Assembly (NCBI RefSeq): GCF_009914755.1
Contig: NC_060936.1
Length of the DNA stretch: 64,000 nucleotides
Source of the DNA: the human T2T-CHM13v2.0 reference genome, Homo sapiens
Strand: one strand, 5' to 3'
Within the stretch, counting starts at the first letter, position 1, and each line of letters opens with the position of its first letter. This document shows positions 29,346 to 43,563 of the stretch, one piece after another. The translations under genes were made by a program, and so were the position numbers. Below the pieces are notes generated by a model that did no database searches, was not told the DNA's origin, and saw only the letters and a program-made list of their open reading frames with translations.

Positions 29346-31491
29346 TTATGCGTATATTTTGCCACAATAAAAATTAATGTATTTCCCTAATTGCTGGGTA
29401 CAGGCTTCTACATATGTGCAACAGCTCAATCTTACTTATTTTGCAGTTTAACTCATGATCTTACTAATTTTGGGTGTATGGGATCTCACAAGAGATTTGT
29501 GTGAAAGACTTCTTTCACTTTGGTGGTGGGTTTTACAATTTCTACCTGAATTTTATAAAATTTCGCTTTATACTTTTGACCTAACATATTAGGTACATGA
29601 GTTTAGAATTACATCTTCCTAATTAACTGAATCTTCTATCACATGTATTAACAACACACTATACCACTAATGATGGTTATATTCTGTATCTAATAACTCC
29701 AATATCAGGTATTGGGGATCTAATTTTGCTTTTGCTTGTTTCTGCTAACATTTTTACACAAAATGGTTCATGTCCTCTCTGTTTTGAAATTTGGGACTCG
29801 GAAGTCATATTTGGGATTTAACCTATAAGAATGCTGCAAAGACTGAGTGTGGGGACAAGCCTCCATGGAGGATGTGTATTTGCTTTTGCCTGGGACCCTG
29901 GGGGTCCTCCAAACAAGAACCACTTTGATTCCCCAACTAGGATTTCCTAGAGATTCAGGTAGTGTAAATCCAATCCCAAACCCACATATGGGAAGGCCCT
30001 GATTGCATCAGAGAAGACTCTCCCCGCACCCCCAACCTAGAGCTTGGGCCATGATAGACAAGTGTCTTTGTTATTTCCCTTTGCAGACTGCTGCATTTTT
30101 TTCTAATCCATACTTTTATTTAAGATGTATCCCTTGAGGTCCTGGCTTTAGAGAACCAACCTTCTAACCTGAGTGGATCTAAAGCCCCATCTCTTTCCTT
30201 CTGTTCAGCCATTGCAAGAGAGCCCACTTGGTTATTAAAACTGACAAACGTCACTCAGAAGCCAGTGCTTCAGGATGAAATTGCTACACAGGTTTCCAGC
30301 TCCTCCTTTGTTTTGATCCCCTGGAGATTTATCTTATAGTCCTACAATTTCAGCTATGTGTTTAAAGGATGTTTGTTGTATTTTACCTAGCATTCCTAGG
30401 AGTTTTGTATTAGGTGGCTTTTCAGGATAGCTAGTCTACCATAGTACCAAAAACAGAGGTCCATTTCTTACTCTTGTAATTAAAAAAAAAGTTTTCTTAC
30501 TTAGCAAGTGAAGACACAGAGGAGTTATCAAAACAGTTTCCACTACGATAAAATCTTTATCAGTCATATAACTCCCATGTTCACTTCTGTTATCCCTTCT
30601 TTGTTCCCAGATTGCTCTGGTAGTAAACTACCTAAGATGAGTTGAATGTGGGCTGATTAGGACACTGCCTAAGGGGTGGAGGGTGGGGCTGATGGGAAGC
30701 TCCATCTCATTCTGAGTCCAGACTTGAAGAAAGAAGAACCCCCAGACTACAGTGGGGCAGGAAGATACTGAGAAGGGAAAAAAAATCAGAATGAGTCCTT
30801 AAGGCCTGTAATCAGGAAGAAATACAAGAAACTCATCAAAGGCTAAGAGCAAAGGGTCTCACAAGTTGAAAATATAAATGTTCAGGCAACAAGAGTGAAT
30901 TCTTTAGCACTCCTAAATTAGGCCACTTTTTCCTGGCTTATTTAGCAAGTATTTTTATCTAGATTACCTATAAGGTGGATTACGTCCTTAAATAAAATGT
31001 GTTTTTCTACATCATCAGGAAGAAAACAAGTCACAGAGAATTGGAATAACTGGCACCAAAGCCACATGTTTGTCCATCCCTGAGCCAGGAAAGAAACTCA
31101 GGATTGACAGGTTGTGCACTCCTGTCCCATTGATCTCTCCTCTACCCCTGCGGCTCTTCTCCCTTGTCACGGAAGAAATGAGCTCTCGCTTTAACACTGG
31201 GTGACAAAGCAGAATTTCCCAGAGGACAGAACATTCTGGAGGACATCCGTGGATATCCTAAACATCTTTATTAGTCTTTGAGTTTAGCACAGCCTTATCC
31301 AAAACAGGGAAGCAAACACTGCCCATCAAAAAGACAGCAGGTGAGCACGACTTCTAAATCAACAAAATAAATTTACTTTTAGGAAAACAAAAGGAAAGAA
31401 TATCAAAGTGAAAATTTTCATAGGACTTTTCAGGCTTCAGAAAACTGCATCCCATAAGCCAAATCCAGCTAGCCACCAACTTCTGGAAATA

Positions 31492-33018
31492 CAGGGACAC
31501 ACTTTATTGCACTTTACAGATATTGCATTTTTTTACAAATTTATGGCAAGCCTGCATTGAGCAAGTCTTGTTGGAGCCATTTTTCCAAAAGCATGTGTTT
31601 ACTTTGTGTGTGTCACATTTTGGTAATCTTCACAATATTTCAAACTTTTTCACTGAGTGATCAAAGATCAGTGATTGCTGATGTTACTATTTAATAATTT
31701 GATGTTATTATTTTGGGGTCACTACAAGCTACACCCATAGAAGATGGCAATCTTCATCATAAGTGTGTCTTGTGATTGCTCCACTGACTGGCTGTTCCCC
31801 CCCATCTCTCTCCCTCTTTTTGAGCCTATTTCCTGAATTACAAAAATATTAAAGTTAGGCCAATTAACAACCCTACAGTGGCCTCTACATATTCAAATGA
31901 ATGATAGTCACACATCTCACACTTAAAATCAAAAGTTAGAAATGAGCTCAGTGAAGAAGGCATATCAAGAGCCAAGATACGACAAAAACTAAGCCTCTTG
32001 TGCCAAACAGCCAAGTTGTAGATGCAAAGGAAAAGTTCTGGAAGGAGATTAAAAGTGCTAACCCAGCAAACACATGAATAATAAGAAAGCTAAACAGTCT
32101 TATTGCTGATATGGAGAAATCTTAATGGTGTCAAAAGAAGACCAAACTAGTCACAACATTTCCTTAAGACAAAGCCTAATCCAGAGCAAGTACCTAAATC
32201 TCTTCAATTCTGTGAAGAGTGAGAGAAGTAAAGAAGTTTGGAAGAAGTTGATTCCAACTCTTATGGATGACTTTGAGGGATTCAAGATCTCAGTGGAGGA
32301 GGTAATTGTAGACATGGCAGAAATAGCAAAGGAACCAGAGTTTGAATTGGAGCCTAAAGATGTGACTGAATTGCTCTAGTCTCATGATCACACTTGAAGG
32401 AATGAGAAGTTGCTTCTTATGGATCTGCAAAGAAAGTGTTTCTTGGGATGGAATCTACTCCTGATGAAGATTCTGTGAGCATTGTTGAAATGACAACAAA
32501 GAATTTAGGCTATTACACAAGTTAGTTAATAAAGCAGCAGCAGCATTTGAGAGGATTGACCCCAATTTTCAAAGAAGTTCTACTGTGGATAAAATGCTAT
32601 AAAACAGCATCGCATGCTACAGAGAAATCTTTCATGAAAGAAAGAATCCATTGATGGCAACAAGTTCATTGTTGTCTCATTCTAAGAACTTGCCACAACT
32701 ACCCCAACCTTCAGCAACTACCACCCTGGTCACTCAGCAGCCCTCTATATTGAGGCGAGACCCTCCACCAGCAAAAAGAATATGACTCGTTGAAGACACA
32801 GATGATTGTTAGCAATATTTAGCAGCAAAGTATTTTTTATTTAAGGTTTGTACAATTTTTAGACATAATGTTATTGCACAATTAGTAGATTACAGTATAG
32901 TATAAACATAACTTTATATGCACTGGGAACCCAAAAGTGTGTGTAACTTGCTTGTTTGCAATATTTGTTTATTGTGGTGGTCTGAAACCAAACCTGAAAT
33001 ATATCTGAGGTATGGCTT
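31492..33018 (+). mobile_element. Tigger1, internally deleted
   Basis: ttttattgcactttacagatattgc. Remnant KEDQTSHNISLRQSLIQSK...KKLIPTLMDDFEGFK. End atatctgaggtatg. Confidence 0.9.
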
Positions 33019-33170
33019 TAAGTTTTATTGGAACACAGCCAGTCATTATTATCTATGGCTGCTGCTACACTACAGTGGCAGAGTTGAGTAGCCATAGCAG
33101 ACCACATGACTTAGATGCCTAAAATATGTACCATCTGGCCGTTTACAGAAAAGAGTTTGCCAACCCCTGT
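33019..33170. mobile_element. MER58A-like hAT fragment
   Basis: ttttattggaacacagcc...tttacagaaaagagtttgccaacccctg. Confidence 0.7.
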
Positions 33171-33488
33171 CAAAACTCTCTATTTTAGTCTTCCTGTCTA
33201 GTCATGATTCAGTATGACCAATCAAAGATAATGAAGATGTCTCAAAGGACATTTTCCTCACCATTTTGCTGGAGACATCCCACCTTTACAATCTTTCTGC
33301 CTGCAGTATGCTACCTCCCTGCTCTCTCTCTATACTAGTCACTGTTATCTCTGGCTAAGGTTTCTTCATTTGTAAAAGGAAATATAGTATCTACTTCATT
33401 AGGTCATTGTGAGAATTAAAGGAGATACTCAGTAAATGGTGGCTATGATTAAAATTCATGCATTCATTCAGCACATATTTGCTGTATT

Positions 33489-33898
33489 TGTTACAAGTTG
33501 AATTGTACCCTCCCCCTAAATTCACTTTTGGAAATGCTAACCACAATACCTCAGATTGGGACCTTATTTGGATGTAGGGTCTTCAGAGAGGACATCGAGT
33601 TAAAATGAGGTCATTAGGTGGAGTCTAATAAGACTGGTATTATTATAAGAGGAAGGAATTCGGACACAGAAACTCAACAAAGAGAAGATAAACTTACAGA
33701 AAAAGGAAACAGCCAACTACAAGCCAAAGAGAGAGGCCTGGAACAGATATTTCCTTCACAGCCCTCATAAGGTACCAACCCTGCCAACATCTTGATCTCA
33801 GACTTCTAGGCTCCAGAACTGTGAAACAATAAAATTTCAATTGTTTCAGCCACTCAGTCTGTGATACTTTGTTACAACTGCCCTAGCAAACTAATATA
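33489..33898 (+). mobile_element. MLT1A/B-like MaLR LTR
   Basis: tgttacaagttgaattgt...ccagaactgtgaaacaataaa...ccctagcaaactaata. Confidence 0.8.
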
Positions 33899-34119
33899 TA
33901 GATTTCTATAAGAAAACAGCCAAAAACAAAAAACAGATAGTGACGTGGAACAAGGAGGTGCTACTTTGTATTAGTAACTCATTTCTTTGAGATGACATTT
34001 GTGCTATGACCAAAATAGTTACAAGAAGAAAATCATAAGACAATCTGGGGAAAACACATTCCAGCTGAAAAAATGATAAATGAAAAAGGCCTGGAACAGA
34101 AATGAGTTTGCTGGTACAG

Positions 34120-34415
34120 CTCTTTTCTCCTCCACCTTTTTCTTATCTTAAACACAGATGATGTAGATGTGATGTCTGGAGCTTTAAGAACTATCTTGGG
34201 ACCATGAGGCAACAAACATAAGGTGAAATGTGAACATGCTGAGAGAAAAAAGCAAGGATCTGAGTACTTCATGGAATCATGAAACAGCTGCACCAATACT
34301 ACTAATTGCTTACTCAGGATTTCTTGTTCTGTGAGAAAAATAAATCCCTTTTTGTTCAAGGCATCATTAGTCAGTTTTTCCATGACTTGGAGCCAAAAAA
34401 CTTTCTTAACAGACA
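34120..34415 (+). mobile_element. Old MLT1 (I/J-like) LTR fragment
   Basis: atcttgggaccatgagg...gtgagaaaaataaatccc. Confidence 0.55.
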
Positions 34416-34419
34416 TTAC

Positions 34420-36400
34420 ATTGTACAGTGTGGTAAGGATTACGAGACTTTGGCAGTTTTTAATCTGAGGAAAAACAAAGTCTGATTTAAGTTTTTAAAA
34501 GAACATTCTGTGAGATTAGGAACTATAGAAATGTAGTCATAGAAATTAGGAATAGGCTTTTTAAGGCTCTGTAGGTCGTAATTTTGAATTTTATTCTAAA
34601 TGTAATAGGAATTTCCTACAAGAAGTGTCAAATCTGATTTGTATTCTTAGAGAACACCTTAGGTTGGTGAGTTAGGAGACCAGTAAAGAGACAACTGCAG
34701 TAGCCAGAAAAAATATGATGGTAGATTCACAAGGGTGATATTAGTAAAGATAGAGAAAATTGGGGGAAAAGAACATTCTGGCTACTGAAATGCAGAGAAG
34801 CCTGTTATCAAACTAATCAAGGAGAAGAATAGTGGTGGTTGGTACCTGATAGATTTAGGAAGCATTTTGGACATAGCAGTCTTGAGTGGACTTGCCAGTG
34901 AATTGGATGCAGGGTGAATCGAGAAAAAAATGGGGAGTGAGAATAACTTACTTTTTGTTTGCCTGAGCAACCAGGTAGATGGAGATGATATTAAGTAGAA
35001 GAGGTCAGTGTTAAAAAAAAAATTAAGAGTTCAGAGTTATGTTTTCACCATGTTAAATTTCAGATCTCTCTTCAGAGAAATGCAAATCAAAACTGCAATG
35101 AGACATCATCTAACCCCAGTTAAAATGGCTTATATTCAAAAGGCAGGCAATAACAAATGCTGGAGAGGATGTGAAGAAAAGGGAACTTTTTATGCTGCTG
35201 GTGAGAATGTAAATTAGTAGAAACACTACAGGGAACAGTTTGGAGTTTCCTCAAAAAACTAAAAATTGAGCTACCATATGATCCAGCAATCCCACTGCTG
35301 GGTATATACCCAAAAGAAAGGAAATCAGCATATGGAAGAGATATCTGCACTCCTATATTGGTTGCAGTACTGTTTACAATAGCTAAGATTTGGAAGCAAC
35401 CTGTGTCCATCAACAGTTGAATGGATAAAGAAAATGTGGTACATGGAATACCCTTCAGCCATACAAATAAATGAGATCCAGTCATTTGCAACAACATGGA
35501 TGGAACTGAAGATTATTAGGTTAAGTGAAATAAGCCAGGTACAGGAAGACAAACATTGCATGTTCTCATTATTTGTGGGATCTAAAAATAAAGACAATTG
35601 AATTCATGGACATAAAGAGTAGAAGGATGGTTACTAGGGGAAGGGTAGTGGGGGATTAGAGAAGAGGGAAGATGGGGATGGTTAATGGATACAAAAAAAT
35701 AAGACCTACTATTTGATAGCACAACAGAGTTACACTGTAGTAAATAACTGTACATTTTTAAATAACATAAAGAGTGTAATTGGATTGTTTTTAACTCAAA
35801 AGATAAGTGCTTGAGAGGATGGATACCCCATTCTCCATGATGTGCTTATTTCACATTGAATGCTAGTATCAAAACATCTCATGTACCCCATAAATATATA
35901 CACCTACTATGTACCCACAAAAATTAAAAACAAAATTTAAGTTTCAGATCTTTGTAAGACTCCCAGATGAGGACATCAAGTAAGCATTAAATATATAAAT
36001 GTGGAGTTCAGGGATGCTTTTAGACGCAGACATGTACATTTTGATTCATCTGTATGCAAGTGTAAGCCTAGATGTGATCACTGAGAGAAAAGCAGCCCAT
36101 CCAAAACCAAGCTCTAACATTTGCCAAGCATTAGATATTGATCAGGGGAGGAGGGGGAGGAAGAGACTCAGAAGGAACGGTTATGAGAAAAGGAGGAGGA
36201 AAGCTAGAAGAGTGTGTTATCTTGGAAGCCAAGAGAAGAAGTTGTTTCAGGAAGGAGTGGGCAGGTCAAACACTTCAAATGCTGACAGGTCAACAAAGAC
36301 AGGACATTTGGATTTAGCAAGATGATTAAACTGTGAAAATAGTTTTAGTGGATTGAGCGATCAGAGCCCACTCAAGTGGCTCAAACATTGGCCGTAAAAT
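34420..36400 (-). mobile_element. L2 fragments interrupted by an L1MA
   Basis: Purine-rich antisense L2 motifs (ggaagccaagagaagaag; ggatttagcaagatg). Confidence 0.6.
35070..35937 (+). mobile_element. L1MA 3' fragment
   Basis: agagaaatgcaaatcaaaactgcaatgag...tatgtacccacaaaaattaaaa. TSD-like aa(a/g)tttcagatct. Confidence 0.85.
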
Positions 36401-36987
36401 TTTTTTTAAAAGGAGCAGAGAGTGACTATAGGCAATCATAATGGGAGAACTGGGGGAAATGTAAGCACTTCCCTGAGGACTACATTCTCTCCTTTCACTT
36501 GCCTTTTTAATTTTTTTTCTCTCCTCTTTCCCTTTATGCTACATGATCCCTTGGCTAGCACCCAAAGCCCCGTGTGAAACAAGTGGTCTGGGTGTCTCAG
36601 GCATGGTGGTCCAAGGCAGGGAGTAGATACTGTCCTTCCTTTTGCTGCTTTTCTAATTGCACACCAGGGCTGAAAGTTATTTGATCATGGTCAGACATAA
36701 TTTTCTGATTCCTTTGTATGTCAAATCTTGCAGCCTAGCATCACCTTCATTTCATTTAATTTACTTAGTTTCTCAAAAGCAGCAGAGAACGAGTTGTGTT
36801 TGTGTTAGTTTATTTTAATGTATAATGAGCGATTCAAATGATTGCACATCACACATTCAAATTTGGTTGAATGCGTAATCATTTAAATGAACACAGGTGC
36901 CATGCGCCTGTGTGCGCCTGGAAAACCACCCTCTGTGCTTCATGTGGAAAGATGATGATGTACGGGCTGTACAAACCTCATATCTTA

Positions 36988-37274
36988 ATTTTTTCTTTTC
37001 TTTTTTTTTTTGTGAGATGGAGTCTGAAGTGATGCAATCTTGGCTCACTGCAACCTCTGCCTCCTGGGTTCAAGGGATTCCTGTGCCTCAGCCTCCTGAG
37101 TAGCTGGGATTACAGGCATGTGCCACCGCACCTGGCCAAATTTTTGTATTGTTAGTAGAGACTGGGTTTCACCACGTTGGCCAGGCTGGTCTCAAACTCC
37201 TGACCTCAAGTGATTCGCCCACCTCAGCCTCCCAAAGGACTGCGATTACAGGCATAAGCCATGGTGCCCGGCCT
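36988..37274 (-). mobile_element. AluS with small internal deletion
   Basis: Antisense Alu. Confidence 0.9.
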
Positions 37275-37989
37275 TTAATTTCTTTTTAATTTCATTCTGC
37301 CTCAACTTCTTTGTTTTTTCCACCCAATAAAACGTGCTGAACCCTGAGCTCTGTGAAGTAGATACTTGCCCCAACAGCAAACCTCAAACTATTCTGAAAC
37401 ACACATGAAACAGCAAGCTTGCAAATGTGGAGTGTATTTTTAACTTTGGGGATGAAAAACTACAAATCTGTGCTCTTTAAAATTAGCATTTCCAGCAAGG
37501 TATGAAACCCTGGAAACAAAGATGAAAGAAATTAAATTATCTTCTGTAATAATGCTCCTGTGAGGTGGGACTAATAGCACAGAAACTTCTTTCATGTCAC
37601 TCCTGACACTTTAGTATCAATCCTCCCAGGCAAGCTAATGTAATCAATTCTGGCATGTTTCACTGTAGTGCTGACTGCTATAGCATTATTAGTACGACCG
37701 TGTTATTTCATAATTAACTTACCTTTTATTTTTCAGACAGGAACTAGATCTAGTGAAACAAAAACACTTGGGGGATCTCTGAATAGGCTCCTGAACTGTT
37801 TATACATGCATATCACTAAATCCCAGTCGAAGCTTAGATGTAAGAAGCAGTTCATTGTTGCTCCCTAACCTGTTCCAGCACTATGGGGAAGTCAGAAGTC
37901 CTTGTTGGCTACCATAAGTATCATCAAAGAAATTCTTCACCACTGATCACTTATTATACCTGAATGCATGTTAAGAATAGCTGAGAAAC

Positions 37990-38172
37990 CTGTGCTTCTC
38001 AAAAGGAGGTAGGTGGACCATTTTCATCAGATTCACCTGAAGGGCTTATTAAGAAGTACAGATTCCTGTATGCCATACTACTCAATCAGGATCTCTGACG
38101 GGAGCCCTGGCGTCTGCATTTTTAATAGGCTTTCCAAGGATATTTATATCTTCTAATGCTTAAGAACCATTG
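37990..38172. mobile_element. MER5A-like hAT MITE
   Basis: cttctcaaa...catcagattcacctgaagggcttattaag...ttaagaaccattg. Confidence 0.65.
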
Positions 38173-41100
38173 AATTAAACTATTTTACATCAGCCATCTT
38201 TCACCAATGATAATGCTTGTCATTAAGCCATTTCCATGTATATAAACACATATATACACATACATATGTATATATTGTAAAGCCTTGGGTCCTACTGCAT
38301 CACAATTGGGATGGGTGCCTTGGTGCCCAGCCAACATTCTCTTCTTTGGCAATGCCACTGTCACAGACTCTGCAAAAATGAGTAATGTATCTAGTAGTCC
38401 TGGTGCTACCACAGCCATTAAAACTGATTTGACATGGGCTGGAAATCTGACCCAAGCTGAGTCAATGAGAGTCTCTGTTATTAATTCAAACTGAGACCAT
38501 AAAACTGCAGTAGTTGGTAGTGGTCACTGGAACTGGGAAGCCATTTAGACTCTCAAGGCTGGGATTGTTTGGAGACTGTGTGGATGAATGGGCGGGCAGA
38601 GAGGACCGGGCCACAGTGAGAAGCAGAGGGTAAAGCAGGTGCCCTAAATGATGTAGAAATGAAATATGCTGTGGAGAGACAGAGACGAAGCCAAGTGTGG
38701 ATGAGAGAGGTGAAAAGAACAGGAATCTTGGTTCCTGAAGACTTCTCAGTTTACAATCGCAAACTCATATTATGTACCAGCTCTTAGCTTCCATTTACTT
38801 AAGGAGGTGTGTGTTGGTTTCTGCTATTTGCAAGCAAAAACAGCCCTGAATTCAGCAGGGCTATTTTCAAAGTAATTATTTTGAGTAGTTTCATATAGCC
38901 TAAAGTTTTTCGTTCAATATTCTTTGATTTTTAATGTTCAGAATAAGCCAAAAGAGTTCCTAGTCTATTACCAAGACCTTCCTAGTAAAATAAAAATTAA
39001 AATAAAAAAGGTAAACTCTCTTGGTTTTTTTCTTTGAAAAACTGCTCTTTCATGCTCCTGGGCAGAGTTCAATAAAAACTCACAAAGCAGAAATGTCACC
39101 TACCTGAGTTGTCAGGCCACTAGCCAGAGTAGCTGTCAATTAATGTTCCCTGTCTTCCCTTTGGAAAGTTGAGCAGACAAGCTGGCAGGAAAAAGTCCAG
39201 TTACCTTCAAGGGTCATCCATCTACTTCTAAGCCAACAAATACCTGCGTATCTTGACTCCACAGCTGAGATCAACTAAAAACAAACCAAATGCTAAAAAT
39301 CTTTGCTTCAAAAAATAAAAAACAAAAGAAAAAGGATGCCAGTTTAGACAGCAGCCAGCACCTGGCTGGCTTGCTAATGGAGTGCTGGGAACCAAGCCTC
39401 CGTCCACTCACCGTATTCATTAGGCAGAGAGAAATTTTCAGATAGATTCCAATGATTGGTGGAAAGGCTCTGAGAAAAGGATGGCATTCCACTCTCCCCC
39501 ATCCACCCTCCTTTTACTTACCTCCTTTTACTTACTTCCACTCCTCACTCCACTCTCCTGGCAACTGTTCCAGAAAAAGGAGCCGGGAGCCACAAGGGGG
39601 ACCCAGGCTGGTCTGTGTAAGAACAGGCTGTGCCAGGTTTTCAGATGCAATTAATTTTCAAGATAAGCTCTAAACTTCTGAAATGTCTTTGCAATTGAAA
39701 TGCTGATACAGTCGTCAACCACTGCAGTACATAATCATAAATCTTGAGCACAGATAGTTTTTGTTGGTAATAATGAAGTACAATATACATTTAATTAGTG
39801 TGAGATTTAGGAAACGTGCAGTGTAATAAAACAATATTCTAATTAGGGTTGGGGAAACGTTTAAATACTATTTGTGCAGTACCGTTCAATGAAACTCTTA
39901 CAAACTACACTCAAATCTGCTGTTTCTAAGCAAAAAAAAAAAAAAAAAAAAAATCAAAACAGAAGCAACAAGTTCTTTATGCCCTTGAATATTAGTTGCA
40001 GGGACAGCACTAGATTAAAAACAAATGCTTGGTGGTCATCTGGAGTAGGCAGCTCAGGGGGAAAAGGGAATCCCAGTGCTAAAGTGCTGGCTAGATTTTT
40101 GGTAACAGCCCAGGCTGTCCTCACACCTTCATTTACTGTCCTATTAATTTATGCTTTAACCTCCCCAACATCCTGCTCAAAACCCGTCATCTGTTACCTG
40201 GGAATGCCACCTGTGCCCACGTCCAGGGATGCTGGGATTATTAATGATGCATTTCCTAAGAGTCCCCAAGTCCTTCAAAAGAATGAGTAATCTAAACTGA
40301 CACCACGAAAGAAAAACAGCCTAACGAAAGAAAGGTGTGGAAGTCAGGAAGCCTAGAGTCTAATCCTGGCCTTAATTGTAATTTTCTGTGTGTCCTTGAG
40401 AACTAATTAACATTTCTGTACTTCATTCTCCTGATCTGAAAACTGAGAATAGCAAGGTTTCATTTGGGCAATGTTGTATAGGTCTGAGATAATTCCTATA
40501 TTATAATGAATGTGAGTAAAAAGTGATGGGAGAAAAGATGATGTGCCTTTTCTACTCACTCCCACATACACTCAAGTGCATGTAGAGTAGCAATGGAGAA
40601 AACGCAAGGGGTGCAGCTTCCCAACTTATTGGTTTTTGTTTATCTTTTAAAGGGAGGATTTAAATACTTTTTAAAGTCAGGGCATTTAGTGTTTAAAGTC
40701 AGGGCACTTAGTGTTTAGATAGAGTTCATTTTAATTGTAAATCAAAAAAATTCTCCTGAATGTCATAATCCATATGAAAAGGGTAAAAATAATTTCAATA
40801 AGTCCTTACACTAAATAAATACATTTACACTAAATAAATGTATGATCTGGGGCAAGTGAATTAACCCTCCTGTGGCTACGTTCCATCATCCCAAGTGCAC
40901 TCTCTTACCGAGGAAGTGGTGAGCAATAACTCAGCCAAACTCACCTTATTTTTTTCCCTCTTTATCTGAAGATGTTTTTATATGAATGTAAAAAAAAATT
41001 ACAGAATTTCTGATCTGGTAAAATATTGAAAAACCACCTAATCTAAACCCTTCCTTTTACTGATAAATTGAGGCCCAGAAACATTAAACAACTTGTCCAA

Positions 41101-42814
41101 GGTCACACAGGTGGCCAGACACAAAGCCAGGACTGGGCCCTGTGCATACCACAGCTGCCTCATGGGTTTGAGAGAGTTAATGCCCCTCCAAACAATAAAC
41201 AGGACAACCTATTCATGGCCAACTGGTATAATTTGTCTCCATTTTGCAGTACTGCATATTTGTGAAGATGTTGCCAACCTTTTTTTAACATTGAAAATAT
41301 ATCAGTGATATTATCATTATTTTAAGTCAGCTAGAAATCCCAGAAAAAGGAATTAACAGCTTATTACTTTCAAACATCTCATAACACTATTAGGAAGAAT
41401 GTTTTTGACATTTTTATGTAGTCAGGTGGAATCTAATGTAAACACTACATTTGCTAGGCTAAAATCTATTTCTCCATCTTTGTTTTCTGCAGAGAAATTT
41501 CACTGACTTAAGATGTAGTTCACAACAAAAATTGATAGGAAAATATGGTCCTAACATATAGGAGCTAATTAGTATGGATTTCCTTTCAGGCATATTTTGC
41601 TTATGCTACCAGACACTAGGAAAGATCCTTACATGCAAGTTAGTTTAATCATCAGCTAATCTTCTTCTATGTTTGATTGATCCACATTGAATGAAGTTAA
41701 TAGATTGTAAAGGTGGTTCCCTAGCTTTTGGGTTCTTGTACTATAAAAATTCTGCACTTACTCCTATACCCCACCAAAATTGGAAACAGACATAAGATTT
41801 CCAACTTTTAATTTTCCCAAGTTAAAAAAAATAGCTAACCAACTGTCACCACCATTCCATGAAAGAAACAATTCAAACAACAACAAAAAAAGCAAAAGAA
41901 AATATTACATTCTCAAAATAAAAAAATCTTTCAATGGAATACTTTGACTTTATGAAAAACTAACCACAATGTCACTCCACAATTAAATGGTGTCAACTCC
42001 ATCATAGTAATTATCAGATAAGATGATGTATTCTAGATGTTTAGTTAAAAGAATGTAAAAGCATTGGACAAAATGCATCTATGTTATGTGTTTTACTTTC
42101 TCGTCCTTTAAACCAAGAAGTCAGTGAATTACCTGTGTTAAATATTTAATAAGTGCAGATACCTGAGCGGCACCCCAGATCTTCTGAATCAGAACCTCTG
42201 CTACCCTGGGTATAATTTTATTGTGAAATGGCAACAGTACTAGAAGCCAAAAAAACCCCTTGAGAACATTTGAAGTCTCTGCTTGCATTATGATATTCCA
42301 TTGGCTGAGCCCAACATCAGTCAGATAAGGAAATCTACTCTCCCTGCGTTTTGGGAGGCACTGCAAAGTCACTTTGCAAGGACATGGTTGTCCTGTAATT
42401 CTATAACACAGGAGAGAATAAAAAATGGGAATAATAATCCGATCAACTATGGCTTAATTTTGGAAAATGTGCCGTTACTGCAGGAATAAAGATGGCCAAC
42501 CTAATCATCCAGGTAACTAGGCACGAGTTTCTACTCTCCTTCTGAGTAACAACTTACTTAGACACACGAGTGTTTCCAGAGAAAGGTGCATTCAGAGCAA
42601 GCCTACCTTTGATTTCCATCTTGAGAAGGTAGTTCGTCATATTTTATATCAACATCAAGATTTGCTTTTTTTCTTTTAATCATTTTAATGTTAAGTCCTT
42701 CTTCACATGCATTTTATCATCTTATCATTTAGATGATAAATTTCACACTTGTCATAGATCCGCTGTGTAGAATAGAACAGCAATTTCTGCACCTGTTTTA
42801 CTTCATTGCCTACG

Positions 42815-43205
42815 GCCGTGGTTCATTAAACCCAACTTTCAGAGAGCCAAGCCCAGGCAAGCGCTGTTTCTTTAGAGCACCTACAGGTGATTCAGATGTG
42901 CGCCCAGAACTGAGAACTATTGGCTAGGACCTCTGATCCAGGCATGAATACAAATACAACAAAGAAGTAGTGCCACACACTAACTCTCCCTGTGCCAGAA
43001 GAAGCTGCAACATTAGTTTGCAAGAAGATAGGTCATTTATAAAATGTCCTCTGGGCCCAATCAGACCAGCAGTATCAGCAGCACCTGGGAGCTTGTGAGA
43101 AATGCAGACTCTCAGGCCCCTTCACAGCCCTGCTGGGCCAGGAAACTACATTTTAAACAGATCCCCAGGTGATTTATATCTACATTAAAGTCCAAAAAGC
43201 ACTGT
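42815..43205. mobile_element. Two MER5-like fragments
   Basis: caggtgattcagatgtgcgcc...gagaactattg; cagcacctgggagcttgtgagaaatgcagactctcaggcccc. Confidence 0.65.
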
Positions 43206-43563
43206 CATAAATCCGAAGTCCAACTGGGCAAGCAATTCCACGATTCAGTCTGCCCCAGCACACATCTTCTTAGGTTCTTAAGATTCGAGTCCAGGATTCA
43301 TCGCCGATCATGTTGCAGGTGAATTAATTACTGTATTGATATAGATCATATCATATCTCTTATTTTCCAAAGAAATAAATTAACTGGAGAGGAGGGAACG
43401 TTAAATTATGTTAGAAATAGAAAGAGTGGCATTAGCCACCCAGCATGCACTAGTGTGTCACTTTATTGCACTGTGGTCAAAACAAAACAGATATGATCTG
43501 GCTCTTGCCTTCAGGCTACTTACATTCTAAATAAAAGATACTGACAAGTAAACAACTACCTAG

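Noticed and set aside
40672-40842. Short tandem duplications (22 bp and 19 bp; similar ones at ~12177, ~18294, ~59167)
   Set aside because: Ordinary slippage duplications with no spacers or higher-order structure. Not CRISPR-like.
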